Notes: generated by a model from the letters alone, not told the origin. Positions 47,529 through 58,798 are shown, counted from the stretch's first letter. The stretch is 64,000 bases of DNA from Candidatus Poribacteria bacterium (GCA_046582655.1 JAYGDX010000280.1:1-64000), one strand, 5' to 3'. Program-made: numbers and translations.

Positions 47529-50171
47529 GTGTTAATTTTGATCGGTACACTTTTCACTATTGCAATTAATCCTGTTGAAGGCCAAAATGCCGCAGAGGTC
47601 TGGCAATCGCTCAAACGTTTGAACACTACAGCAACAGCACTTCACACCACTGCGCATCCGGATGATGAGGATGGCGCTTTGCTAACCTGGCTAAGTCGAG
47701 GTCAGGGTATTCGTACCGGATTATTTTCGCTCACTAGAGGTGAAGGTGGAGCCAACCTCATCGGGCCGGAGTTGTTCGATGCACTTGGTATCCTGCGAAC
47801 AGAAGAGCTACTGGCAGCTGCTCGGTATTATGATGTTGATCTCTTCTTTGGTAAGACAGTCGACTTTGGTTACTCCAAGCGATTGGATGAATCGATAGAA
47901 AAATGGGATCATCGCCTTTTACTTGAAGATACAGTGCGATTGATCCGAACTTATCGGCCTGAAGTGATTATTGCGAAGTACGCTGGTAATCCAGGAGATG
48001 GTCATGGTCAGCATCAAACCTCCGGAGTGATTACCCGAGAGGCATTTGGTATGGCTGCTGATCCGACTCAATTTCCTGAACAGATTCGTGCTGGGTTGCA
48101 GCCTTGGCAAGCAAAGAAATTGTACACCGCACGATCTCGACGGAGGAACAACGATACCGAACCATCCAACCTGCTGCGGATCGATACGGGAGCATATGAT
48201 CCGCTACTCGGACAGTCTTACCATGAAATTGCGCGTAAGGGGTTGAGTTACCAGCGATCACAAGGAGCTGGACAACGGCAGGCTTCCAGAGGCAGTTGGT
48301 TTTCTTCACTTCAACTGGTCGATACTGTTTTGCCCGAAGATAAATTAGAAAAGAATCCTTTCGATGGTATTGATACAACTATTATGGGAATGAGCCGTTT
48401 TACCGAACAGAACGCTGATCTGAATGCAATGCTGGTCAAACTTCAGAGGTCTATCGAAGATGCCTTAGCTGCCTGTTCGCATCGGCAACCATGGGTTGTT
48501 TTGCCTTATTTGGTAGGGGGGTTGCGGCAGACACGGGAATTGGTCGCAACCGTTGACGTTACGGAACTTCAGGAATTTAATAAAAACCACCTGTACTTTC
48601 TGTTGAAAAACAAAGAGCAAGAGTTCATGGATGCCGCTAACAAAGCATTGGGCCTTTCGATAGAAGTACTAGTTGACCCACCGCCAGCCGAAGACGGTGC
48701 TCCCAGCTTTTTTCGCTCACCAGAAACGTTCAATGTCGCGATTCCAGGTCAGGTGTTTGCGCTGACCACTAAGGTGGTTAATCCGAGTCCGTTAAGGATT
48801 GAACCGATCCAAGCAACCCTTCATATGCCAAAGCATTGGGTAGTTCGCGCCCTTCAGCAAGATCTGCCCGCGCTGAGTCATAATGGTGAAGCCCGAGCGC
48901 GTTTTGAGGTACGTGTGCCTGAGGAGGCTAATTATTCTCGACCTTATTGGTCTCGCCAATCGGAATACCATGACGACGTTTACACGGTCGATCGACCAGA
49001 GTTTGCTCATCTGCCTTTTCAACCTCCGGAAGTCGTTGGTGTGTTAACCTATCGGATTGAAGGGGTTGAATTCAAAATAACCCAACCCGCCCAAACGGTG
49101 CAAATGATCCAGCCTTGGGGTGAACGCCGTCGGTTATTGATGGTAGCCCCTGCTTTCAGTCTAACAGTTTCTCCCTCTATCGGAGTGATTTCGGTTGAAA
49201 CAGGGCAACAGACTTTTACGGCACGGGTTGAAGTTCTAAACAATGTCAAAGGGATTGCTGAAGGAAAAGTTCATCTTCAGATCCCAGAAAACTGGACGGT
49301 GACACCTAACGAACATCGTCTCCGTTTCACACATGAAGGCGAAATTCAGACTTTCCCCTTTCAGATTTCGGTGTCCCAAAATCTTGAAGTCGACGTCGAT
49401 TATACTGTGCGAGCCATGGCTGAATACAACGGGAAACAGTACACTGAAGGGTATCAAGTGATTGATCATCGCGATCTGGAACCGCGTTACCTTTATCGAC
49501 CCGCATCCATGGAGTTACACACAGTTGATGTCAAAGTCGAGCTGGGTTTGAAGATCGGTTATATCATGGGCGTCGGTGACAAAGTGCCGCAGGCATTAGA
49601 ACAAATTGGTATCAAAGTCCAGATGCTCGGCAGCGAGGATCTGGCATCCGGTGATTTGAGTTCGTTTAATACAATTGTCATTGGTATCCGCGCTTACGCA
49701 GTCCGGACAGATCTGAAGGCCTATAATCGTCGATTGCTTGATTATGTCCACCATGGTGGGAATCTTGTGGTGCAGTATCAGACACCGGAGTTTGACGCGG
49801 CACCATATGGGCCTTATCCGTATAAAATGGGTCGACGACCGGAGGAAGTATCGGAAGAAGATGCTGAGGTCACGATTCTGGAACCCAATCACCCGATTTT
49901 CAAAAGTCCAAATCAGATTACGTCCACTGATTTTAACGGGTGGGTTGAGGAACGCGGTTCCAAGTTCATGACGGAATGGGATTCTGGCTACAAACCGTTG
50001 TTGCTGTGCCGTGACAAAGATCAAGATCCACAAAATGGTGGTCTGCTAGTGGCTGACTATGGGATAGGCACTTACACCTACACGGCTTATGCTTTTTACC
50101 GTCAACTGCCTGCGGGTGTCACTGGAGCCTATCGACTTTTTGCCAATTTAATTAGTTCTGGTAATAATTAG
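47529..50171 (+). CDS. Large secreted protein: N-terminal LmbE/PIG-L-family deacetylase domain plus C-terminal ThuA/GATase1-like domain
   Basis: HPDDEDGALLTWLSRGQG (PIG-L HPDDE motif). C-terminal region TIVIGIRAYAVRTDLKAYNRRLLDYVHHGGNLVVQYQ resembles the ThuA/class I GATase fold. GTG start with signal peptide. Confidence 0.65.
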   Translation: MLILIGTLFTIAINPVEGQNAAEVWQSLKRLNTTATALHTTAHPDDEDGALLTWLSRGQGIRTGLFSLTRGEGGANLIGPELFDALGILRTEELLAAARYYDVDLFFGKTVDFGYSKRLDESIEKWDHRLLLEDTVRLIRTYRPEVIIAKYAGNPGDGHGQHQTSGVITREAFGMAADPTQFPEQIRAGLQPWQAKKLYTARSRRRNNDTEPSNLLRIDTGAYDPLLGQSYHEIARKGLSYQRSQGAGQRQASRGSWFSSLQLVDTVLPEDKLEKNPFDGIDTTIMGMSRFTEQNADLNAMLVKLQRSIEDALAACSHRQPWVVLPYLVGGLRQTRELVATVDVTELQEFNKNHLYFLLKNKEQEFMDAANKALGLSIEVLVDPPPAEDGAPSFFRSPETFNVAIPGQVFALTTKVVNPSPLRIEPIQATLHMPKHWVVRALQQDLPALSHNGEARARFEVRVPEEANYSRPYWSRQSEYHDDVYTVDRPEFAHLPFQPPEVVGVLTYRIEGVEFKITQPAQTVQMIQPWGERRRLLMVAPAFSLTVSPSIGVISVETGQQTFTARVEVLNNVKGIAEGKVHLQIPENWTVTPNEHRLRFTHEGEIQTFPFQISVSQNLEVDVDYTVRAMAEYNGKQYTEGYQVIDHRDLEPRYLYRPASMELHTVDVKVELGLKIGYIMGVGDKVPQALEQIGIKVQMLGSEDLASGDLSSFNTIVIGIRAYAVRTDLKAYNRRLLDYVHHGGNLVVQYQTPEFDAAPYGPYPYKMGRRPEEVSEEDAEVTILEPNHPIFKSPNQITSTDFNGWVEERGSKFMTEWDSGYKPLLLCRDKDQDPQNGGLLVADYGIGTYTYTAYAFYRQLPAGVTGAYRLFANLISSGNN

Positions 50172-50460
50172 CTGAATTATGTCTACCTCTAGCCCTATAG
50201 CACCTGAAATACGAACCAATGGTTTCGCTATTTAATGAAACTTGACTTTAATCTCCGATCATCTGCTGTTTGGTTGTGTCAGATGCACTGGTAAATCTTC
50301 AGGAGATATCCGTTCGTCCGAACAGTCCATCGCGTAAAATTTCAAACAATCCGAAAATAAAATGCCATGCGATTGCACCTGATACGGCAAAACCCAGTAG
50401 CGTAAACGGCGTATGCTAAGCTATATAATTCATATGCGGATATAAGATGTCTCTTGAAAA

Positions 50461-52161
50461 TTACGAACCATGATAAGGGACCAAAAACGAAAGCTGTAAA
50501 GCTGTAGACAATGCTATCAATTTTTTGCGATTCTCGTGAACTGTCCGAAAGAGTTCTTCTTTTAGACAGTACTTGGATACAAACTCCCAATCCTCTCTTG
50601 GCCAGATTTGTTGGTTGTTTTTCAAAATTTTCAGTTGGATACCGTCTCCAACTCTTTTTCTTTCTTTGTATAAGGAATGACGCTCACTAGCGGGAGAAAA
50701 AATATATCTGATGAGAGTAGATGATTCCTTGGTTATACGTTTTGACTGTATTTCTCTGTCAAATTTAAGGTTCAAATCATGTTGTTCCTTCAAGTGTCCA
50801 GTCCAAGCGATATGCCTTGTTTTTTCCGCGCTAAAGTTGTTCGCCATACATATTAGGAAAACAGCACATACTGTGTAACTCTCGAATGATTTAGATTGGT
50901 TACGGCGACTGAGAAGTGACAGAACAATCACAAATCCAACAATCAGAATAAGCGTCACGCTTTGATAATAGTATCCTCCTCTCCAAATGTCAGGCCAGGC
51001 AAGTGGATTATGACGCAAAAAAAGAAGCATAGTCATGAACACACAGAAAGCTAGTCCGGTCACAAGTATTGTCACTAACGCAATCATACCCGTTAAATCC
51101 TGTCTAGAATTTCTATTGGTACTAGAGGAACTATCGGCTACTTTCTTGATGCATAATAGAACTAATAGAATGTATGAAACTAATGTAATCATCCATGACA
51201 GCAAGTTACCGTCCAAGATGTTCCCAAAGACCATCTGAATCTGTAGCACCACCAATTTTAGTCCAGTCCACATACCTCCAATGTATGAAGAAAGATCCAG
51301 TTGCAGAAAAAAACTTAAGGAAGACCAACCACGGTCAGGGTAGTTTCCCCTAACGGACTTGATGATGTAGGGACATAAGCTGTAATCCCAATAAAGATAG
51401 AAACAGAAAGCTAACGTGAAGGATAAGGCAAATAATAGAATGCGCCAGTGGGCTTGTTTGTATGACAGGCGAATAATTGCCATTAAAAGACTCAAGCCGA
51501 TTAACCACAAGCCGATAAGGACTCCTTGCTTATCTGTGATAAATGATAAAAAGATACCTAGAGGTAATAGGATATATAGGGCTATATTTTGCGGCTTAGC
51601 AGATGCTTTGAGACATCTGATGAAATATAGTATCCAAAGTGAAGCCCAGAACGCGGTAACGGTCTTACCACATCGAAAGTAAACTTTCTGCATGGCGAGC
51701 ATCTGCGTTGAAAGAGGAAAGAGCATAGCCAATACCAAACAAGACTTCGGATTAAATTCAGCCAAAAACTCCCTAGTAATGAAATAGAGCATAATTCCAG
51801 TTAGAATAGTAAATGTTATTTGGGTAATACTGCGAAAGCCGTATGAAAAGATAGTGATTCTATTTGCCAGTAGCACCATTTGAGCATCAATGTACTCAAA
51901 GACATAACCCAATTCTCTCGCCTGATAGTTGTTCCAGTCAGTGTGTCTTGGATCAAAGAACTTTTTAATCTCACCCCAAAATCCTTCAGTAGATGGATTC
52001 CCGTAAAACACCAGAAAGGATTCAGTTTCATTGTGTATCATGGGCCGAGTGTTAATTATGTTGGTTATCCAGGTTATCACCAAAATTATTAGGACCAACT
52101 CGGTCAGAACTTGAGGTCTTCTAATGAACTTCCCTCTTAAATTTTGTATGATTGTGTTCAT
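50461..52161 (-). CDS. Polytopic integral membrane protein (>=12 TM helices), possibly a GT-C-type glycosyltransferase / DUF2079-like
   Basis: 566 aa, almost entirely hydrophobic helices with short loops. No specific motif recognised. Confidence 0.45.
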   Translation of the reverse strand: MNTIIQNLRGKFIRRPQVLTELVLIILVITWITNIINTRPMIHNETESFLVFYGNPSTEGFWGEIKKFFDPRHTDWNNYQARELGYVFEYIDAQMVLLANRITIFSYGFRSITQITFTILTGIMLYFITREFLAEFNPKSCLVLAMLFPLSTQMLAMQKVYFRCGKTVTAFWASLWILYFIRCLKASAKPQNIALYILLPLGIFLSFITDKQGVLIGLWLIGLSLLMAIIRLSYKQAHWRILLFALSFTLAFCFYLYWDYSLCPYIIKSVRGNYPDRGWSSLSFFLQLDLSSYIGGMWTGLKLVVLQIQMVFGNILDGNLLSWMITLVSYILLVLLCIKKVADSSSSTNRNSRQDLTGMIALVTILVTGLAFCVFMTMLLFLRHNPLAWPDIWRGGYYYQSVTLILIVGFVIVLSLLSRRNQSKSFESYTVCAVFLICMANNFSAEKTRHIAWTGHLKEQHDLNLKFDREIQSKRITKESSTLIRYIFSPASERHSLYKERKRVGDGIQLKILKNNQQIWPREDWEFVSKYCLKEELFRTVHENRKKLIALSTALQLSFLVPYHGS

Positions 52162-52587
52162 CCGATATTTTTTATTAAATACATTTAATGAGAGGAAGAT
52201 AAATATTGATAAGAATGATCAAGAATAGCGCAATTATATGTTGACAAAGAACGAACAACAGCTTCTTTACCAGTTGTCTGTAACATTTAAGATTCCTCCC
52301 TTTGACTTCACTGATTGCTGATTAACATACTCAACCAAAAGATACAATACTGTTGAGGTGAAAGTGTATGAAGTATTTACTATCTTTAATGAATTTGGGA
52401 TCTAAATCATATGGATTTTCATCGTATTGACAATACTTGTACCAAACTTGCTTCTCTACAATTGAAGTAGATAACAAGCTAAAAAAACTGTTAAAATATA
52501 TAGTAAAAGTTTGTCAATTTATTATGTGAATGTCATTGAACACATACAGTAATTTTGAATCCATAGTCTGATTAAGGAGTAATTACC

Positions 52588-53571
52588 ATGCCTTTAACCA
52601 AAGAACAACTGGATCAGTTTTACCGAGATGGTTTTATTATTGTAGATGATGTCTTTGACAAAAAAGATGTCGAAGCGGCCTTTATAGAAATGGAAAAAAT
52701 CTTTTATGGTGAAAGTTTTAAGGAGTATCTCGCCAGGTCCGATAAAAATGGTATAGCTAAACCTGTTGAACCCAAAACAACAGGGGCGGTCTCTCATTAT
52801 GGTGCGACACAATATGGCCGTCCTCAGTTTCCAACTGGAATTGAAGCCTTAGATCGGCTGATTGAGAATGATGATTGGCTTGATATGTATGAACAATGTT
52901 TGGGGACACAAGACTTGAGTTACTGTAATGGGCATCTGTTTCTACGATCTGGACCAACCGACAAAAGGCATGCCGAGCATTCATGGCAAGGATACCACAT
53001 TGACAATGCGACAAACACTTTTTTACCACCGCATAGAGAAACGGGTCTGTATAATTACGTGAACTCCAGTATTTATCTCCATGACGTACCTGAGGATTGT
53101 GCCCCAATGAAAATTATCCCTGGCAGCCATCGTCAAATTATGGATTTGTTACCTAAACTTATTCGTGATGGGAATTGGGTTGGTCGCGGAGAAATTAAGG
53201 ATATTCGAAAAGTTCCTGAATTTGCCTTGCCTGTTCCTGCTACAGGCAAGGTGGGAAGCGTTCGATTCAATAGTTCTTTCGGTGTACATGCTGCGATTCC
53301 GTTCGAAAACAAACGAAGGCAAAGAGGATACTCGACGTTTTCGTTCTGCAGAGCGGATACCAGCCAATGGATAAAGTTATCAAACTTGTGGCGTGAACAG
53401 GAATTCTCCGTTCCTTTTTGGAAAAATACTACTCCAAGGGTTCGTTCTTTGTTTGGTTGGCCTAAACCAGGACATCCGTATTATACGGCTGAAACACTTA
53501 ATCTATTGGGTGAGTGGTATCCGGGAATAGATTTAACTCCTTATCAGGATCAGTTACGTACTGGAGAATGA
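52588..53571 (+). CDS. PhyH-family Fe(II)/2-oxoglutarate oxygenase (third copy in window)
   Basis: LTKEQLDQFYRDGFIIVDDVFDKKDVE at the N-terminus; H-x-D at YHIDNA; later HAAIPF. Confidence 0.6.
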   Translation: MPLTKEQLDQFYRDGFIIVDDVFDKKDVEAAFIEMEKIFYGESFKEYLARSDKNGIAKPVEPKTTGAVSHYGATQYGRPQFPTGIEALDRLIENDDWLDMYEQCLGTQDLSYCNGHLFLRSGPTDKRHAEHSWQGYHIDNATNTFLPPHRETGLYNYVNSSIYLHDVPEDCAPMKIIPGSHRQIMDLLPKLIRDGNWVGRGEIKDIRKVPEFALPVPATGKVGSVRFNSSFGVHAAIPFENKRRQRGYSTFSFCRADTSQWIKLSNLWREQEFSVPFWKNTTPRVRSLFGWPKPGHPYYTAETLNLLGEWYPGIDLTPYQDQLRTGE

Positions 53572-53942
53572 TTCACCATCTAAAGTGATTTCCATTGGCC
53601 TGATTACACCCATAACAAACTAATAAGGGAATAATTTCTGAAGAATCCAAGGAACTTTCGTCTCTTCGGCATATGCTGATGGAGTATGCCACCATTGTTG
53701 CTTACGTCCGACATTATCAGGATCGGTTGCTAGGAACTACTGACACTCTGTAATAAATATGGATGTCGCTGGCTCAACGGAAACGATCGGCCAAGATTTT
53801 ATGGAGAAGGGACTACTAGTTTCTATTACGGAACAGCCGGGAGCAGTATTAATCGTCTACGAACGTCTCGAATGAGATTAAACCAGCGAGACTTCATTAG
53901 CTCTCCAGTGTGACACATTATATTAGGCTGATCAGACGCAGG

Positions 53943-55139
53943 TTAAGCTCGCAGATCTTTTGTCTCTACTGCTAGTCCCGAAAAAGTGTTTTTTTCGAGA
54001 ACCAGTTCGGTAACCTTTTGACCAATTTGGAGTCCGATACGTTCAGCTGGTTCTCGTGTTTCAATGATCTGATTCTTCAGCAACATGATGGAACGAGTTT
54101 CACCTTGGATATCAATACCGATTTTTCCGCTATTAATAATTTGGTTGTCTCCCAGTAGATTGCGGTGAGGACAGCGTTCTTCATTCGGCTCGTTGCGAAA
54201 GATGACCCCCACTTCACCGTTTCCTTCGATCCGGTTTTTTCGGATAATATTGTCAGTGTCCCGATGACCGATAGAAACGCCGAACTGGAGGTTGTTGAAG
54301 ATCCGATTCTTTTCGACCATACTATGCTTAACACCCCAACAGAAAAAGAGCCCGATTCGGTTACCTTCTAGGTGATTTTGGCGAATGATTGGTCGCAGCG
54401 AACCTGAACCGGGATGTAACCCCAGATCAGCGTTGTTCCTGCTGAGACAATTGGTCACAGTCACATCATGGCAAATCTGCCAGGAGATACCATCGCCATT
54501 ATAATTCCGCGTTTCGACATTTTTGATATGAATGCTTTGACAGTTTTGCAGGAAAATACAGCCGGCATAGTTCCCATCCAGATGCTGGTTTTGAGACCTG
54601 TTTCCATCGAGAACAAGGTCGCAGATTTCCAGATTGTGAATATGTTCGCCAGTTAGGATGGGAAACAGCGTGGCGATCTGAGCTTGATGGTCGGTCCAGA
54701 AATTCTTCTCCAGTGGTTCATCAAGCCAAAACCGATTTTCCTGTCTGGCTACCAGTGTTCGCTTAATGACGTTATATCCATTATGATTGGGCGCCTCGGC
54801 TTTCAGGCAGACACCATACCCCACCTCAAAACCGTCGCTGTTGACTAGCGTCACATGATCTTCGTACCAATCTGCATCAGCAACCAGAGTTGTCTGGACA
54901 GAAGGATTCTTGATCAGTACTGTTTCGGTGCCGCTGCCCTGAATGCGGATATTGTTTCTCAAGTAGATGGCATTGTCGAGTTGATATTGACCGGGCAGGA
55001 TCTTCAGCGTTCCACCACCCAGTGCTGCTAGATAATCGACCCCAGCCTGAATGGCACGATTATCTTGGCCATTGATCTCAGCACCGCTGGTGCCAACTGT
55101 AATGGAAAGCGAATGTTCCATGCTGACTCCTTTTTTCAA
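53943..55139 (-). CDS. Right-handed parallel beta-helix repeat (pectin-lyase-fold) protein
   Basis: Successive ~22-aa repeats of the form N.I.GN...G..I.......I..N.I (e.g. NNLQFGVSIGHRDTDNIIRKNRIEGNGEVGVIF). 398 aa. Confidence 0.7.
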   Translation of the reverse strand: MKKGVSMEHSLSITVGTSGAEINGQDNRAIQAGVDYLAALGGGTLKILPGQYQLDNAIYLRNNIRIQGSGTETVLIKNPSVQTTLVADADWYEDHVTLVNSDGFEVGYGVCLKAEAPNHNGYNVIKRTLVARQENRFWLDEPLEKNFWTDHQAQIATLFPILTGEHIHNLEICDLVLDGNRSQNQHLDGNYAGCIFLQNCQSIHIKNVETRNYNGDGISWQICHDVTVTNCLSRNNADLGLHPGSGSLRPIIRQNHLEGNRIGLFFCWGVKHSMVEKNRIFNNLQFGVSIGHRDTDNIIRKNRIEGNGEVGVIFRNEPNEERCPHRNLLGDNQIINSGKIGIDIQGETRSIMLLKNQIIETREPAERIGLQIGQKVTELVLEKNTFSGLAVETKDLRA

Positions 55140-55215
55140 TGAGCGTTTTCTGCCGTCTCAACCGATAGGAAGTGAGAAAGAGACAACAAACCAAAAAACT
55201 CTGCTATATTTAGCA

Positions 55216-55611
55216 CTACCAAAAACTCTGTTTCAGATGAACCAACCAGAGACCGAGACAAAGTAGAATGAGGATGGAAGCGATAATTCTCTGTTTGACC
55301 AAAGAAACAGCCTCCCATATTTTCTGAGTATATTCTGGTAGAAACGCGCTCAGAATCGCTAATCCAAATAACAGAAATGAAAAAGGATGATATCGCCAAG
55401 CGGTTGAAAACTCTCCTTGGAAAATTGCCAAGCAGGCACGCGTCATACCACACCCGGGACATGGTATGCTTGTCACACTCTTAAAAACGCAGGGCAAGAA
55501 ATGGACTGTCTCAAATGCCTGACCTGACAGTCGAATATATATGCCTGCAAGAACAAGCAACATTAGAAACATTTTAGCCAACAGCATGGGATTAAGTGTC
55601 TGTTTTAACAT
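55216..55611 (-). CDS. DUF2752-family small membrane protein
   Basis: IPCPGCGMTRACLAIFQGEFSTAWRYHPF (CPxCGxTRA motif) flanked by TM helices. Confidence 0.5.
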   Translation of the reverse strand: MLKQTLNPMLLAKMFLMLLVLAGIYIRLSGQAFETVHFLPCVFKSVTSIPCPGCGMTRACLAIFQGEFSTAWRYHPFSFLLFGLAILSAFLPEYTQKIWEAVSLVKQRIIASILILLCLGLWLVHLKQSFW

Positions 55612-56002
55612 AGAACCTGTTGATTTCGGCTTGCTGAATCGCCATTGACACGATGCTTAAACCAATTAGTGTCAGGATCAGGCATATCGTGGCAACATTG
55701 TTAACCATTAGGTTATTCTGTTCTTGAATTTCGACGATGCCTCGTGCCATTTTGTACTCGTTATATACTCCGTAAATACCGCACGTTATAATGCTCAATA
55801 AGAACCACATACCGAAAGTATATTCACGTCTGTTTAACCAAAAATTCAGGACTTTCATCTGTTTGTATTGCCAAACAAGTCCATAAATACCACAGGTGAT
55901 TATGGAAAGAAGAACGGCAATCCCAATGTTCATTCTTGGTTTTGCGCTAAGGTGCTCCTCCCATCTGGGTGGAGCACTATCATCGTTCATGTTATTATTC
56001 AC
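55592..56002 (-). CDS. DUF4234-family small membrane protein
   Basis: Two repeats of IITCGIYG(L/V)...YK preceding an Asn-rich turn, with TM helices. Overlaps the downstream DUF2752 gene by 20 nt. Confidence 0.5.
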   Translation of the reverse strand: MNNNMNDDSAPPRWEEHLSAKPRMNIGIAVLLSIITCGIYGLVWQYKQMKVLNFWLNRREYTFGMWFLLSIITCGIYGVYNEYKMARGIVEIQEQNNLMVNNVATICLILTLIGLSIVSMAIQQAEINRFYVKTDT

Positions 56003-56455
56003 CCTTAGACAGATTGAAGTTACTGCTAGGGTTTATTCATTAAAACGTGAGTCTCGACATCTTATAATTACATGAAAGTGAGAATTAGCAAATCTTGCAG
56101 GGAAATTTAACTATGAGTGTAGAAATTTAATTTGAGTGACAATTAGTCTGGCACCCACTATTTGTTATCTGCATATGATGAGAGACAACAATTTAAGATC
56201 AGGAGAATTTTAGCGATAAAAAGATGTTCCTAATCTTATTTAGTTATGGTTGTCTATCTAGACTGTTTACACTAATTGATCGGTCTTTCTTAATGTATCA
56301 GAGTATGATATATTGTAATAAATTGGAGTTCGACTATAGATCTTCCATGACCTGGCGAAATTTGGGATTGAGATGGTTGTGTTGATCATAAGCAAGCAAG
56401 TTGAGTCTTGATAGGGACTTTAATCCTAACTTATAATTGTTGGAAAAGTTTGTAA

Positions 56456-58798
56456 ATGTATGTGTCAAAGCTCTTTTTTTATGTTGCTACTTATCTTGTA
56501 TACAGTATGTTTGTCGGTTCGGATATTATCGCTCCAGAGGTTAATCGGGAAGATAAATTAAACCAGCAGCAGGATACTCCCTTTATTGTTTATGCACGTG
56601 ATTATATGCAACCTTGTTTTGCTGATTATGTGCCCCATCGGGCTGAAGTAGAAAGCTCATTTACTGTGGGGGTAGCTCAGAACGAGTATGAACCGATACA
56701 GGTAGGCATTTATGTCCCGTCACAACGTAAATATCCTTTGAGAAACGTTAGCCTGACAATCCACAGTAACATACAGTATGAGATAGGGTGTTTGTATTAT
56801 TTGGAAACTGCTCGTTCAAGACAACTTGACCAAGGTCAGGTCTATGAAGGAAGGCGACCCGCCATGCCTGTATACCTGATACCTAAAAATAGAATAAATA
56901 AAATCGAACCGGGTCGTTCCGCTGCTTTCTGGATTACATTCCATCCGGATGCTACTGTACAACCAGGGCAGTATGAAATACCGACAACCATCTCAGTTGA
57001 AGGCGAAAAACCAAGGACATTTTCTCTGCATCTAACAGTGCATTCTCTCATTTTGCCTCGCCCAGATGCGGCCTTTGGATGCTATTACAGAATCGACCGT
57101 ATTGCTGGATGTGATGTGCCAGTGGAAATTGAGGTTCCTTATCGCGGCAGAAAATATCAAGAAATGTATGCTCTGGACATGGCCAAACATGGTCACAATA
57201 CGGTACAAATCACTTCATTCTTTCCCGGGTTTGGCACTGATAGCTACCAACAGTCTGGACGTGCCAAACCACCATCATGGTATCATCCCTGGTTGACGCT
57301 GATGGATGAATCCGATTTTACAGATGATGGTTTGATAGATCCCATCAGATTCATCGAAGAACAACTTGAAATTTATAAACAAGTGGGGTTAATCAGCCTA
57401 GATATTCCTATTTGGACTGTATCTGAGGGTAGTAGTAACAGGAAGGCTTTTGTTGCTGATACCCTGCGTCGAATAGTTATTGACAAAAAATATCCAGAGA
57501 TATTGTTGTATCAGCGGGATGAACCTCCAGTTTGGCCCGATGAAACTTTTTCCAAGGAAGAAATTGAACATGTTAAACAGTTCAAGAAACTGGGAAATTG
57601 TCGCGGCGTTGCGGCCATGGGCGGATCTGCCGTTCTGGCTTGGGGACATCTGCATGATGTTTGGATTGTATATGGTGGCAGAATAACTCCGGAGATGGTT
57701 GCTGAAGCTGAAAGGCAAGGGGCAGAGGTCTGGACTTATCTCCACGATCTCCGTATTACCAATCCATTAGCACATCGCTACTTTGCCGGACTGTATACTT
57801 GGGGGTTGAGATTAAACGGGAATCTGGTTTACTGTTATCAACATGGTGAGGTTGGTCAACCCCATCCTGTCTGGTTATCCGACCAGCATCGACCATCCAA
57901 AGAGCAAATTTTAGGCTTAGTTATACCCAGTCAAAATGGACCAATTCCTGGTGTGGATTACGAAGGCCGACGAGAAGGGATCGATGATTATCGTTATTTG
58001 CAATTACTGGAGTCAAGAATAACAGTCGCGTCTTTAAACTCTCCGATTAGAAACGAAGCGGAAAAATGGTTGACAGAGCTGAGAGAGAGAATCGTTCAAT
58101 CTGCGATTGATGGCAAGTTGTTTAACCACGTCACAGTTTGGGATTTAGATTGGCTAAATCCTAGCCCTGACCTATTCCCTCATGACTATTACCAGATCAG
58201 ACAGAAAACCCTACAGTACATCTCTCAGTTGGAGTATGTCTGCGAGGAAGATAGTACCGCGCAGATGCTTGGCTCAAGATCCTTTCCTGTTAGTGGGTTG
58301 GAAGGTACAGATTATGAAGATGAAAGTATCACCACCTGTATTCAAGCAATCGAAAACGGGGCTGTTGAATCAAAGAGATCTGCTGCCTGTGCCTTAGCTC
58401 TACGGAACTTTGGAACGGAGGAGGCACTGGAAGCGTTGGTATTAATGCTTGACTTTCCTGACGTACGCATACCGGCAATTCGGGCCATTCGATCCATGGG
58501 GGTACAGGCTATATCAGCGATGCCTGCAGTCGGCCGGTTACTGCAAAATACAGATCCCTTTATTCGAGCGCATGCTTTGCTAACACTAGAAGCGATAGGA
58601 ATGAAGGCGGCTGAAGGTCTCATTAGAGGTCTAAAAGATCCTTTTCCTATGAATGCTTATTTGGCTGCTGTTTGTTTGGGCAGACAAGGAGAAGTAGCTA
58701 TTCAAGCTCTACCTGCACTGCGTAATAATCTTAAATCTCCGATATATCTGATCCGTCAAGGGGCTAATAAAGCCATTCAGCAAATTGACAAAAAATAG
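56456..58798 (+). CDS. Membrane-anchored large protein with uncharacterised N-terminal/central domains and C-terminal HEAT (PBS-lyase-type) repeats
   Basis: N-terminal signal anchor. C-terminal ~180 aa with repeats ALEALVLMLDFPDVRIPAIRAIRSMG / DPFIRAHALLTLEAIG / NAYLAAVCLGRQG, typical of HEAT_2/PBS-lyase repeats. Confidence 0.45.
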   Translation: MYVSKLFFYVATYLVYSMFVGSDIIAPEVNREDKLNQQQDTPFIVYARDYMQPCFADYVPHRAEVESSFTVGVAQNEYEPIQVGIYVPSQRKYPLRNVSLTIHSNIQYEIGCLYYLETARSRQLDQGQVYEGRRPAMPVYLIPKNRINKIEPGRSAAFWITFHPDATVQPGQYEIPTTISVEGEKPRTFSLHLTVHSLILPRPDAAFGCYYRIDRIAGCDVPVEIEVPYRGRKYQEMYALDMAKHGHNTVQITSFFPGFGTDSYQQSGRAKPPSWYHPWLTLMDESDFTDDGLIDPIRFIEEQLEIYKQVGLISLDIPIWTVSEGSSNRKAFVADTLRRIVIDKKYPEILLYQRDEPPVWPDETFSKEEIEHVKQFKKLGNCRGVAAMGGSAVLAWGHLHDVWIVYGGRITPEMVAEAERQGAEVWTYLHDLRITNPLAHRYFAGLYTWGLRLNGNLVYCYQHGEVGQPHPVWLSDQHRPSKEQILGLVIPSQNGPIPGVDYEGRREGIDDYRYLQLLESRITVASLNSPIRNEAEKWLTELRERIVQSAIDGKLFNHVTVWDLDWLNPSPDLFPHDYYQIRQKTLQYISQLEYVCEEDSTAQMLGSRSFPVSGLEGTDYEDESITTCIQAIENGAVESKRSAACALALRNFGTEEALEALVLMLDFPDVRIPAIRAIRSMGVQAISAMPAVGRLLQNTDPFIRAHALLTLEAIGMKAAEGLIRGLKDPFPMNAYLAAVCLGRQGEVAIQALPALRNNLKSPIYLIRQGANKAIQQIDKK

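Noticed and set aside
49596-50033. 145-aa minus-strand ORF
   Set aside because: Inside the LmbE-like gene.
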